From the NCBI RefSeq assembly GCF_001194135.2, contig NC_068987.1:88488776-88537479 (forward strand): 48,704 nt of DNA, given 5' to 3'. Below the pieces are notes generated by a model. That model had not been told where the DNA came from, ran no database searches, and worked only from the letters and a program-made list of their open reading frames with translations. The translations under genes were made by a program, and so were the position numbers. This document shows, one piece after another, positions 1-11,804 of this stretch (position 1 is its first letter; the number at the start of each line of letters is the position of its first letter). This stretch comes from Octopus bimaculoides. Its lineage: Eukaryota.

Positions 1-37
<37 letters not shown>
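1..37. repeat. (GT)n microsatellite
   Basis: Direct read. Confidence 0.97.
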
Positions 38-40
<3 letters not shown>

Positions 41-257
41 TGCTTGTATGTTAATAGACAATTTTTGTAATCATCTTGGGTGAAAGACTTTCCGAGGTGA
101 ATAACCAGCTGATAACATTAAGTAAATAAAGCATCGAAGATGAACTTATTTAGATAACGGTTACATTTTTGAGTGGCATTAAGCGTGTGTGGCGGTGAAT
201 GGCTGACGTTGTGTGTATTTGTAGGGTGTATGCATGTATGTGTGTCTGTCTATTTAT

Positions 258-319
258 CAATGAATGAATGAATGAATGAATCAAGCAATCAATCACTCAA
301 TTTATCCATCCATCCATCC

Positions 320-375
<56 letters not shown>

Positions 376-386
376 GTCCGTCCCTA

Positions 387-427
<41 letters not shown>
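258..427. repeat. Compound microsatellite (AATG)n-(ATCC)n-(ATCT)n-(CT)n
   Basis: Direct read; explains ORFs 272..487 and 276..473. Confidence 0.95.
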
Positions 428-429
<2 letters not shown>

Positions 430-1300
430 TTATCGTTTACGTCATAAGAATTGTAAATCTTCGCAAGGCATGATTCTTTTTGTTTAAACGGTGGAGCTCT
501 AAGTAGATAAGGCTATAAATAATAGAGTGTAAATATTTGTTTCTACCTAAAGTGTTTTTCACCCAATATTTGTAAGCTATCATTTATCGCTTCATCTGGT
601 TCGAGTTAGATCGTTTAANNNNNNNNNNNNNNNNNNNNNNNNNNNNNNNNNNNNNNNNNNNNNNNNNNNNNNNNNNNNNNNNNNNNNNNNNNNNNNNNNN
701 NNNNNNNNNNNNNNNNNNNNNNNNNNNNNNNNNNNNNNNNNNNNNNNNNNNNNNNNNNNNNNNNNNNNNNNNNNNNNNNNNNNNNNNNNNNNNNNNNNNN
801 NNNNNNNNNNNNNNNNNNNNNNNNNNNNNNNNNNNNNNNNNNNNNNNNNNNNNNNNNNNNNNNNNNNNNNNNNNNNNNNNNNNNNNNNNNNNNNNNNNNN
901 NNNNNNNNNNNNNNNNNNNNNNNNNNNNNNNNNNNNNNNNNNNNNNNNNNNNNNNNNNNNNNNNNNNNNNNNNNNNNNNNNNNNNNNNNNNNNNNNNNNN
1001 NNNNNNNNNNNNNNNNNNNNNNNNNNNNNNNNNNNNNNNNNNNNNNNNNNNNNNNNNNNNNNNNNNNNNNNNNNNNNNNNNNNNNNNNNNNNNNNNNNNN
1101 NNNNNNNNNNNNNNNNNNNNNNNNNNNNNNNNNNNNNNNNNNNNNNNNNNNNNNNNNNNNNNNNNNNNNNNNNNNNNNNNNNNNNNNNNNNNNNNNNNNN
1201 NNNNNNNNNNNNNNNNNNNNNNNNNNNNNNNNNNNNNNNNNNNNNNNNNNNNNNNNNNNNNNNNNNNNNNNNNNNNNNNNNNNNNNNNNNNNNNNNNNNN

Positions 1301-1375
<75 letters not shown>
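1301..1375. repeat. (AC)n/(AT)n microsatellite abutting a gap and a family A SINE
   Basis: Direct read. Confidence 0.95.
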
Positions 1376-1535
1376 CGCCAGTCTTCTTTCAGTTTCCGTC
1401 TACCAAATCCGCTGACATGGCTTTGGTAGACCCGAAGCTATCGTAGAAGACGCTTGCCTAATGTGTCAGACGTTGGGAATGAGCCCAGAACCATGGAGTT
1501 GGGAAGCAAACTTCTAACCACACACCCATGACTGC
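1376..1535 (-). mobile_element. tRNA-derived SINE, family A head (CORE-like central motif; may correspond to a described octopus SINE such as OR2)
   Basis: The minus strand reads GTGTGTGGTTAGAAGTTTGCTTCCC...TTAGGCAAGCGTCTTCTAC...GATTTGGTAGACGGAAACTGAAAGAAG. Homologues lie at 9.1, 17.7, 18.4, 21.7, 36.6, 37.9 and 46.3 kb. Confidence 0.85.
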
Positions 1536-2568
1536 AACTAATAGTAATGAAAAGAGTTTTATAAAACGAAGAAGAAACAAAATGTCTTCCAAACTCTACA
1601 TTAACCTATTTATTCAAGATCATCCATTTTGCAGACTAACTCTGGCTATAATCACATGAATATACTTAACACATAACCAACATTAAAATGACATTATAAC
1701 ATGATATCACAGAATATAATTAATTGATTCTATTGCGGTTTGTTGATTAGGCTTCAAGTCAACTTTTGAAGACGAAATAATTAAACTTGATAGTTTCTTG
1801 AAATGTATTGTTGAATAAAAGTGTATGTTCATGAATGATTACATGATTACATCTAAAGATGCGATTGCGTTGCGCGCGTGCGTGTGTATCTAGTGTTAAG
1901 AACAAAGAATTTATTATCTCAATAAATAAATGATTACGGGAACGATAGCTGATCTTGAAACAGAAGCTTGAAGAAATATTTGCTAAAAATTCCAAAATTC
2001 GGAGACTTTATGTCGTTTTCTTCTAAGGTAGAAGGATGGAATTTGATGGTTCTGCTTCGATGAACATCTCATAAGAAATTGGGGAGATGGAAAGGTGAAA
2101 ATAACGAACGGTGGCAAAAGCAAACCCTGTGTTAAAAGTAGGGAAGAAAGTCGAGAAAAGCGTGACTGAGACATGGGAATGGCCATGGGTCACATGGTAG
2201 TGAACGGAAATAGAGAAAAAAGTGGTGGAGGACAAAGTGACAGAAAGCAACAGAGAGATAAATTGGTGAGAGAGGGAAGGATAAAAAGGAAGAGACGCCG
2301 TGCAAAAAATCTCTGCTCTCTCTCTGTATATATATAATAACAACTATATAATAATATATATGCTCCGATTTAAAGCGATATTTATCTAAACAATTGACCG
2401 AAAAATAATGAGCTAACCTAGGCCATAATCGAACTCATAAATCAACGCTAACACGACTCCCTGCTCATCGGATTGGGCCAACACGCTCAGCCATCAAATT
2501 CGGCCAAATTAACTGTATAGATACACAATTGTCTAATACTACATATAGCGCGCGCACACACACACACA

Positions 2569-2607
<39 letters not shown>

Positions 2608-2699
2608 ATATGTATGTATACATATATGTATATTCGCCCTGCTGAACCGCAGTAATCTACAAGTTCTTTTCACTCTCTCTCTCTCTGTCTATTTTCTCT

Positions 2700-2830
2700 T
2701 ATTCCTTTCTCTTGAAGAGCGTAGACTCGAAACGTAAAAGACTTTTTCATTTTTCCCGAGCGTTAAACTAACGCACTTGCTTGCTGTTCATACACCTCTC
2801 TCCGTCTTTTGTTTTTCTAAAAATTTCAAC
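2700..2830 (+). mobile_element. PLE-type 3' tail with degenerate minimal hammerhead motif (tail family 2)
   Basis: CCTTT-CTCTTGA-A-GAGC-GTAG-ACTC-GAAACGTA-AAAG; a homologous copy lies at 28320-28440. Confidence 0.5.
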
Positions 2831-2889
2831 TATATATATATATACATAGGCATGTTTCACTAAATATAGTACAATGTTCAAGTTTTATC

Positions 2890-3310
2890 TTTATATTTTC
2901 AATTGTTTTATAATTTCTTTTGGGATTATTATGGTTGGTTTGGAACAAAAGAGTCCCAAAATTCATATCCAACATTTCTAGCCTTTCACAATCTCATTTC
3001 CAAGAATTAGATTAAATCTATTTTTGTTCTTCCTTATTTACTGATTGAATTTACGTAGACTTTCCTGACAAACGGTTATTGACCGCTGGGATGATGTATC
3101 AGCAGCCATGCGTCAATTTACTTGTCACAGACAAATTTTGAATTTGTTTTTCTCTGTCTGTAGCGTATTGTTAATTTTTTTGATGTATCTGTTAGCATTA
3201 TAATTTTGGTATCGTATTGCGATATGGGTTTAGCTGCCATACTTAAAGTTCTATTTTCGTGTGCAATTTTATTAGGTAAATATTTTCTTCTAATATTTCT
3301 CTAATTTCCT
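2890..3310 (-). mobile_element. Highly degraded, possibly Penelope-like pre-RT region
   Basis: Broken minus-strand frames give LG..FVPNQP..IPKEII..IEN, which resembles the PLE N-terminal region. Many stops. Confidence 0.25.
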
Positions 3311-3509
3311 TTTGTGGTGTGTAGTGTAATGTTGTGCAATAGCTCCATCCATCTATCCAGTCATCCATCAAACCATCCGTCTGTCTGTCTGTCTGTCTCT
3401 GTATATGTATGTGTGCAAATACATACGTANNNNNNNNNNNNNNNNNNNNNNNNNNNNNNNNNNNNNNNNNNNNNNNNNNNNNNNNNNNNNNNNNNNNNNN
3501 NNNNNNNNN

Positions 3510-3540
<31 letters not shown>

Positions 3541-3779
3541 CATACATACATATATATGTATGCATGTATATGTATAAATATACACACATGCATATACATA
3601 TATACTCTCTTGACACACATTCACACACAGACATAGACTTAATGTCAGCTGCTTCTTTATCCAAGAATTTTAATTTCTTTCTGCTGAAGGAAATATCACC
3701 ATGGAAACGCCAGTGATTTCTTTGGATCTCAGCTTGCCAGAGAGTTACCAACACACTTTAGTTTCCCTACCATTCTTTG

Positions 3780-4070
3780 CTGTATATGCAGAATGACAGA
3801 GGCATATCAGATAATGCCATTGCGACCGATTGCACTGAATCGGTTGTTGTCTCGACTGGCGTTTTCTAATCTTGTCCATCTGGCGTTGTCTTCCTCGGCC
3901 ACTTCAATTGTTGTTTACATGGACCATCTGTTTTCAATATGCGACACTTGCTCAACCGTTGGACTTTTGAAGAGGGATTGGTCGTGTTCAATTCTTTTCT
4001 TCGACCTTACTGCCATAAGTGGACTTCCTAGGAACACTAATCTAATGCGCAAGACCTCCACCATGACATG
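3780..4070 (-). mobile_element. Possible degraded RTE-like LINE C-terminus
   Basis: Minus frame LRIRLVFLGSPLM...RWSM*TTIEVAEEDNARWTRLENASRDNNRFSAIGR loosely matches the RTE end motif (RL.F.GH...RW.D.I...A.DR..WR). Confidence 0.22.
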
Positions 4071-4200
4071 AAGTGACAAACAGGGATATGAGTGTGTGTG
4101 TGTGTGTGTGTGGTTTAAAAAGCCACATCAGACCCCATGATAGATCTAAGGTGTAAGTGCAAAAGGTGGTCAGATTCTTATAAGCAGTAGACAACCACCA

Positions 4201-4326
4201 CGTATGTATGTATATATGTATGTATGTATGTACGTATGTATGTATGCATTTGTATGTATGTACGTGTGTATGTATGTATGTATGTATGTATGCTTGTATG
4301 TACGTATGTATGTATGTATGTATGTA
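4201..4326. repeat. (TATG)n microsatellite
   Basis: Direct read. Confidence 0.95.
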
Positions 4327-4495
4327 AGAGTTACCTCTTGGTATGCAGACAGTTGATCAAAATGCAGATCATTAGACAGATCTAGCTACTCATTACTTGA
4401 GAGTCTAACTTTTTTATAATATTGCTGAATTACTAATTCCTTCACCTAGTGAAGCCATTAGCATCATTTCCAAATATCGATTAAATTATCTCATG
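4327..4495 (-). mobile_element. Possible internal fragment of the (TACA)n-associated RLE retrotransposon
   Basis: Minus frame LDLSNDLHFDQLSAYQEV weakly resembles the pre-zinc-knuckle motif (EG...AIQEQ); flanked by TATG/CATA arrays. Confidence 0.25.
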
Positions 4496-5739
4496 TTTTC
4501 TACATATATACGTATATACATACATACGTACGAACGTACATACATGCATACATACATACATACATACATACATACATACAGATCTGTGCGTGATGAATAT
4601 GTCTATTTGAAAACCAGTGTAGACTATGTTAATTATTTTATAAACGCTATCATCGTGCATAATGGTGAATTATGATAAATCTATAAGAGAAAATTAATAT
4701 AATCTATATCCGTTTTAAACGGAAACAGGAGACATTTATGACACATACAAATAAACATGTAGAAAAAATTTTAACAAAAGATGTACTTTAATAAAACGTT
4801 ACATGGTACGTTTCTTCAAAAATTATATATATATATATATATATATTCATATACATTCATACATTCATATACGTATGTATATACATACATATACATACAC
4901 ACACGCACTCACACACTCATACATATATACATATATGTGTCTTTAAATATATATANNNNNNNNNNNNNNNNNNNNNNNNNNNNNNNNNNNNNNNNNNNNN
5001 NNNNNNNNNNNNNNNNNNNNNNNNNNNNNNNNNNNNNNNNNNNNNNNNNNNNNNNNNNNNNNNNNNNNNNNNNNNNNNNNNNNNNNNNNNNNNNNNNNNN
5101 NNNNNNNNNNNNNNNNNNNNNNNNNNNNNNNNNNNNNNNNNNNNNNNNNNNNNNNNNNNNNNNNNNNNNNNNNNNNNNNNNNNNNNNNNNNNNNNNNNNN
5201 NNNNNNNNNNNNNNNNNNNNNNNNNNNNNNNNNNNNNNNNNNNNNNNNNNNNNNNNNNNNNNNNNNNNNNNNNNNNNNNNNNNNNNNNNNNNNNNNNNNN
5301 NNNNNNNNNNNNNNNNNNNNNNNNNNNNNNNNNNNNNNNNNNNNNNNNNNNNNNNNNNNNNNNNNNNNNNNNNNNNNNNNNNNNNNNNNNNNNNNNNNNN
5401 NNNNNNNNNNNNNNNNNNNNNNNNNNNNNNNNNNNNNNNNNNNNNNNNNNNNNNNNNNNNNNNNNNNNNNNNNNNNNNNNNNNNNNNNNNNNNNNNNNNN
5501 NNNNNNNNNNNNNNNNNNNNNNNNNNNNNNNNNNNNNNNNNNNNNNNNNNNNNNNNNNNNNNNNNNNNNNNNNNNNNNNNNNNNNNNNNNNNNNNNNNNN
5601 NNNNNNNNNNNNNNNNNNNNNNNNNNNNNNNNNNNNNNNNNNNNNNNNNNNNNNNNNNNNNNNNNNNNNNNNNNNNNNNNNNNNNNNNNNNNNNNNNNNN
5701 NNNNNNNNNNNNNNNNNNNNNNNNNNNNNNNNNNNNNNN

Positions 5740-5767
<28 letters not shown>

Positions 5768-5771
<4 letters not shown>

Positions 5772-7275
5772 GAGTAGGGTCGAAACACAACCATTTTTAA
5801 GAAACTCTACATGAAAATTAGGGTTTTGTGACCCCTCCGTACCACTTGCGTACACCACCCCCACAATTAAATACCCTAATTTTCTATATGAAACAATCTC
5901 TAACACATATATAATAAATTGCTTATGAAACATTTGATCATATTTCACTGTAGGAACCGTGTTAAAAACATCTGATGAGTTAAAATAGCCCCCAAAATTT
6001 AGATATAAGACAAATGGTTGTTAGGTACCCCTCCAACATTGTAAAATTGTAACTTTACAATGCGTTAAATGAATTTTTTTTTTAGAAAATGTATACATTT
6101 GTTAAATGATTTTCTTTTGTTTTTCTGATTATTTCAGAGCTAAATTGTATTATAATTTTACAAAAATACCTACATAAATTCAAACTGTAATAATATAAGT
6201 ATATAAAATTGTATAATGGCAACTAGAAGTAAAAGCAGTAATTCAGCATTTGGATTTCCTGCAGAGTTTCCTACAGCAATGACCCCCATCAAAGGCTGAC
6301 GTATTCCGACATTATTTATACATAAGAAAACGTGAAGAACAGATATAAAAAAACTTCATCCACAGCGAAAGAATGCTACCGCATTGTTGCTGCAGATGTG
6401 CGAACAATGTGGGACAGATTTTCTTTTTCTTATATTGGGTTTGAGGGAAAAGTTCTAAAAATAGAGAGATTGGTTGAATCTGCTTATAAATTAAACAAAA
6501 TACCTATGAGGCAAAAAGGAGATAGTTTCGATAAGAAATTAGAGGAGTTCGATGAAATGTTTGATATATGCACCTGTCTTACGACAATCAAATGAACAGA
6601 TCTGACTGTCATAGCCAATACCTCTTCCTTGTCATAGTCAAGGAGTCGAGCATGCTATCACATTTAGTGATAAAAGCTTCAGCAGAGAAAATATGCTACC
6701 AAAACAGGCACAAATGCATATTAAATGTACAGAAATCAAGACAAAGTTTATTTCACTTTGACTGGAAGAGACAATGGTCATTTAATTAAATAGTAAATAT
6801 TATTAATGCTTATTTTATGGTGTTCACTGTTCATGTATTTCGTTTGAGGTTCGTGTATAGATTTTTTTATTGCATATATTAATAGTCATTAAAAATTTAC
6901 ATTTTTCTAACGCTGAAAGTGTTTTTTCTGAATATAGGCATTTTTTTTTTAAATATAAAAAATAATACAAAATATATAAATAAATAAAGATTCCAATAAC
7001 TGGGGTTTTTTCTGGGTATAGGGGAGGTGCATATAATTCATAAAATGTTATATATAAGTAATATTTAACCAATACAAAGTTAATAGCATTAAAACAAGTT
7101 TACGGTTCCTTACATTTTTAGTATTCAAAACGCAGAATTAGGTGGGGTGGTGCCAGGCGAAGGGTAGATTTTTAACCCAGCAAGTCCATACGTTTTAGAA
7201 ATTTTAATTTATTTCTCACACCAAAATGAACACTAAGCAATATGTGGAATCAGAATATAAAATTTCGATACCCGC

Positions 7276-7279
<4 letters not shown>
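5768..7279 (+). mobile_element. Internally deleted hAT-superfamily (hATm-like) DNA transposon inserted in (TA)n
   Basis: Termini are TTAGGAGTAGGGTCGAAA and (reverse complement) TTAGGCGGGTATCGAAA. TATATATA flanks both sides, compatible with an 8-bp or TA TSD. Transposase N- and C-terminal remnants lie inside. Confidence 0.7.
6216..6789 (+). pseudogene. Frameshifted transposase remnant with the catalytic core deleted
   Basis: MATRSKSSNSAFGFPAEFP../PSKADVFRHYLYIR../VAADVRTMWDR..EEFDEMFDICTC is fused to IPLPCHSQGVEHAI/LVIKASAEKICYQNRHKCILNVQKSRQSLFHFDWK. These match the N-terminus (LFDIxxC) and C-terminus (PCHxQxVERxVKLV..AS) of hATm-type transposases as I recall them. Confidence 0.7.
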
Positions 7280-7311
<32 letters not shown>

Positions 7312-7414
7312 CACACATATGCAAATATGTACACATACACATACGCACCTATGTTCCAACTAGTTTTACAAGTATGTTTGTTCGTATATTTTTCCGTTAG
7401 AAGTCACAAATAAT

Positions 7415-7844
7415 CTTTTCTACTCTAGGCACAAGGCCCGAAATTTTGGAGAAGGGGGCCAGTCGATTAAATCGACCCCAGTACGCCATTAGTACTTAAT
7501 TTATCGACCCCGAAAGGATGAAAAGCAAAGTCAACCTCGGTGGAATTTGAACTCAGAACGTAAAGACAAACGAAATGCCGTTAATCATTTCGCCCGGCGT
7601 GCTAACGTTTCTTATTTCTTTACTGCCCACAAGGGGCTACACACAGAGGAGACAAACAAGGGCAGACAAACGGATTAAGTCAATTATATCGACCCCAGTG
7701 CGTAACTGGTACTTATTTAATCGACCCCGAAAGGATGAAAAGCAAAGTCAACCTCGGTGGAATTTGAACTCAGAACATAAAGACAGACGAAATACTGTTA
7801 ATCATTTCGCCCGGCGTGCTAACGTTTCTGCCAGCTCGCCGCCT
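7415..7844 (-). mobile_element. tRNA-derived SINE family B, head-to-tail dimer (Nin-like central domain)
   Basis: The minus strand starts GGCGGCGAGCTGGCAGAAACGTTAGCACGCC, with B-box GAGTTCAAATTCC and core CTTTTCATCCTTTCGGGGTCGAT. Two units are joined at 7610/7611. Confidence 0.9.
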
Positions 7845-8162
7845 GTCACACAAGTAATGTTATAGCATTCTGGGTGACCAGTTAATAAAGCTCCTCCTAT
7901 TATTATTATTCGGATTGTGCTTACTACTAGTCTCACTATATGTATATATTCACTATGGATAATAAATACATATTGTTGGCTTTTTCTGGGGGTAAGAAGA
8001 ATGGGTAGGAAAATTTATTGGATGGAAGAATGAATAAAAAGTGAAAGAGGGCCTGGGAGAGGTAAATATTATAGAATTAAAAATCTGCTATACGCTATTA
8101 AGGCAGAATTTAATTAAAATAGGCCTCTATGTATCACATTTAATGTATATACACCGTTGATG

Positions 8163-8379
8163 GGCCAGTTATTGCAGTATTTGTCCTGAGACAACATATT
8201 TTATTGATTTTAGCTGCGTGTTCACGCCAGTGAAAAGGCCCTAAAAGACTGAAATTTATCTGGCGTTCTCGGTGACCACTGCCGGAATGAACTTTTGTTT
8301 CTGCGTGATATTTATTCTGTTTTTAACGCAGCAGATCCATAAAGATGTTATATCGGGAAAAATTTTGCAGTAACTGGCC
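8163..8379. mobile_element. Putative MITE with 20-bp imperfect TIRs
   Basis: GGCCAGTTATTGCAGTATTT versus reverse complement of the right end GGCCAGTTACTGCAAAATTT (3 mismatches); no clear TSD. Confidence 0.35.
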
Positions 8380-9095
8380 TAACAACAGAGTATATGCATT
8401 TAGATTTAGTACGATGCTTAGATACTTACAGTATAAAACATTGAAAGAAGAAAAGGTAGGAGCAGATCAAAGTCGAAGAACGAAATTAGTATGGGCGTGT
8501 AGGAGGTGTGTTTCGCTTCGATCATATTTTTGTTTACATTCCCAACGAAAACCTATTGTATTTGTATATATAATTAAATGTCGGCAAATAGTTAATCCCA
8601 ATGTATGGGTGCTAAACTTTAAAAATATCAGAACAGAAACAAATTAAGCTGAAATAAAATATTTTGAATATATGTGGAGTTGCATTCATGATAAAATTAC
8701 ATGGTTTAGCAAATTATACAAAAAAAAAAAAAAAAATGAAGATTGCTTGTTTTATTTGATATACTGCAAACAAACGCATACAGTAGGAAGATAATATCGC
8801 ACAATTTACTAGAGACACTGACGCAGACATATGCATAAAGAATAGGTTTAATTGTATGTAAATTCATCTCATAGAATTTTACGCACGTATATATTCATAG
8901 AAGCTCTCTCTCACACACATACACATATATTTAAGGAAACAAGGCTGTAGAAGTACGTGTCTAAGTATACAGAGCTATACGCAGTCATATGAACATATAT
9001 ATGTATAGATATATACCCTCAGATGCGCTGTCTGTCTGTCTGTCTCTCTCACGTACACATAACACTCACACACATACGTACAAACACACACGCAC

Positions 9096-9213
9096 GTATG
9101 GTAAGAAGTTTGCTTCCAAAGCCCTTGGTTCCGAGTTCATTCCCACAGCGTGGCACCTTGGGCAGGTGTCTTCTACTCTAGCCTCGTACCAACCAAAGCC
9201 TTGTGGGTGGATC
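9096..9213 (+). mobile_element. SINE family A, truncated
   Basis: GGTAAGAAGTTTGCTTCC...GGCACCTTGGGCAGGTGTCTTCTAC...AAAGCCTTGTG. Confidence 0.85.
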
Positions 9214-9219
9214 AGTTTA

Positions 9220-9990
9220 ATTTCGACGAGAACTTCCTTATGAAATATAGTTCCATTGTCTTTCGGACGTTTGGGTCGTTCCTTGAGGTTTTATAAAAGG
9301 TGATGATCTTGAATTTTCCTTCTCCACATATTTCAGTGAGAACTTCTTTATGAAGTTTGCATTAAGAATTTTGCAAACCAAATAGAAAAAAGAAGGTTCA
9401 AAACTTTTATATAATCTGTGCAGGTTTTTCTTCGGTTCTTGTTTGTTTGTGAATTGAAGTTCGGTATAATCAGCCTATAACAGTTGATGATTTTGGTATT
9501 CATTGATTCTAGTCGAGTCTGATGCGGTGGAACAGTAGAACAGTAGAGGGCTTTATAGTCACGCTTGTCAGTTTGAATGTATGGTGTCCCTTCTTGCTGT
9601 TGTGCTTGTTCGAGATAGGGTTAGCGAATCTTTGAAATTAAGTGTATCATTCTAAAGCATCATGGTTGAGTCCTCCATAGTTTAAAGATAAAAACCAGTA
9701 CATTTTAACTGATCTTTCTCATATCAGTCTTCCTTGAGTTCATTAGATTGATAGTAGATCAATTATCGATGACAGGTATATGATCCGAAAGTATGAAATA
9801 TGGTTAGTTGGGTATAAGGAGTTCCGTTCGATCAGCTGCGTAAAAACTGAAAGTTATTTATTTAACGCGAGGCTTTTGATGATAACCTTTAAGCTATCCC
9901 AGTTAGTTTTCTTGGGAAGTTTGATGATCGCTGATAAGAGAAATCTACGTGGCCAGCATGGAATTTGTGAAATTAATTTCTGCAATTAAG
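9220..9990 (-). mobile_element. Degraded Penelope-like RT fragment
   Basis: Broken frames give NNFQF..NGTP..L.IF (compare NYFQF..QxNGTPMG..LANIF), LNFKDSLTLSRT (compare LNFLDLTISR) and INEYQ. Confidence 0.4.
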
Positions 9991-10583
9991 CTTATTAACA
10001 TTTTACTTTCAAAGATATTAATTTGACCATAAATTCCTATGGTCATCTACTTTCTTCTTTAACACTTTTCCAACCGCGAGCGTCAATGATGAATCCCAAT
10101 AGAAATTATATCTATTGAGCCTCACATTACTGAGTTTCAAGCTGCATTATTATAATTTTAGGAAATGTAGAGAACATATGCTTCTTAGTATTTCTCGGAT
10201 GGTTTTCTATTTGAATGAATAGAGACTGAAATAAGGCTTGACAAGTAAGGTCTAAATCGTTGTCACCTTCCACCGTTGGAGCGCTTCCCGCTATAAATAA
10301 TTTTTGTAGAAAAGAAACCATTAAAATTTATATGATATAATCTGTGGAAAATAGTAATAAATAAATGAAAGGGTTCCATAAACAGAGGCATAATAACATT
10401 TGAACACTTTTTAACATGCATCATCGGTGACATCCAAAATACAGAATAAATATATTCATTCTGTACCATGCTATAAATCAAAGTGGAGTAGTGAGTTAGA
10501 ACATATTTAGAATCTACAAAAAATATACTACATCCAGTGAGGGATAAACATTATTTAATGTACACAATTTCAAGAGATAACAA

Positions 10584-10719
10584 TAGTTTCATGCTTTAAG
10601 ATACCTTAAATTGGCAGACTTATATAACACCCATGTATCTCCATGCAATATTTCAGGCTTGGAGATAAATGGCATGTTATATAATCTGCCAATTTAAGGC
10701 TTCTTAAAGCATGAAACTA
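10584..10719. other. Near-perfect palindrome: 60-nt arms, 16-nt loop (MITE or hairpin RNA)
   Basis: Arms 10584-10643 and 10660-10719 pair at about 55 of 60 positions. Confidence 0.9.
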
Positions 10720-10754
10720 CTGGTAGCTCTTTTGCAATTCTGTATATTAAATGG

Positions 10755-10890
<136 letters not shown>

Positions 10891-11278
10891 TAAAACTAAC
10901 CGATATGTCAAGGATCTTCTGTTACACTAGAAGAAAGAAAAGTCACCGTGGCGAAAATGTTCTAAGAGCGAGAGAGAAAGTAATTAACATAAAGAACTTG
11001 AGATTAGAGAGAAAATAATGTGGGAGTCACTGAATGGATGCATGGGTGATGCATGTCTGTCTACAGATTTATAGAAGAAGAGAGAGGAAAAGTGAATAAA
11101 TGAGTCCGTTTGAATAATCAAGAAAAACGAGCGAATGTGAAAAGAATATGAATGAAGACACTCACACACAAGGAGGAAGTGCTTTGAAAACTTTAAAATA
11201 GAGAAAAATGAGTATTTCCATTTGTATCGATGTATACATATCACATACAAATGTGTATATGTACAGATATTTATATAT

Positions 11279-11281
<3 letters not shown>

Positions 11282-11335
<54 letters not shown>

Positions 11336-11345
11336 TATATATATA
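11282..11345. repeat. (AC)n-(AT)n microsatellite
   Basis: Direct read. Confidence 0.95.
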
Positions 11346-11561
11346 TACATTTATATGTATGAGCACAGTAGCTAGTTCTAAAATGTCTAAACGAGATATA
11401 AGTAGTAACAATACTAAACGGTAGTTTTTTCGCCACTATAACTTGGCTGTTCTATAAAGAACTATGTTACAACATTTTAACCCCAGGAAAACTTTTTTCC
11501 GTCTGGTTAACGACACAGTGTCCGATATATTGTAAGTAAGGGACCGAATCTCTCCCCTCCA

Positions 11562-11804
11562 GCTTGGCAAGACCAGTAGATCATAGTTTCTGGGTTTTTA
11601 TCCTTCATCGGTACCGGATACTTGCTTGCTAGAGGTGGCAGTCAATCGTCCCTACTCACAATGTATAAACAGAGAAGCGGCAGACAGTCGCTGATTTCGT
11701 AACGGGGAAAGTAGTGACAATTGACTGTTATCTCTAGTAAGTAGGTATCCAATACCAATGAAGGGTAAAGACCCCAAAACCATGGCCTACTGGTCCTGCC
11801 AAGC
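11562..11804. other. Gap-free 95-bp inverted repeat with 53-nt spacer
   Basis: 11562-11656 versus reverse complement of 11710-11804: 76/95 identical, no indels, 17 transitions and 2 transversions by manual alignment. Confidence 0.92.

Noticed and set aside
11562-11804. Diversity-generating retroelement TR/VR pair
   Set aside because: The repeats are inverted, differences involve all four bases rather than only adenines, and no DGR RT is nearby.
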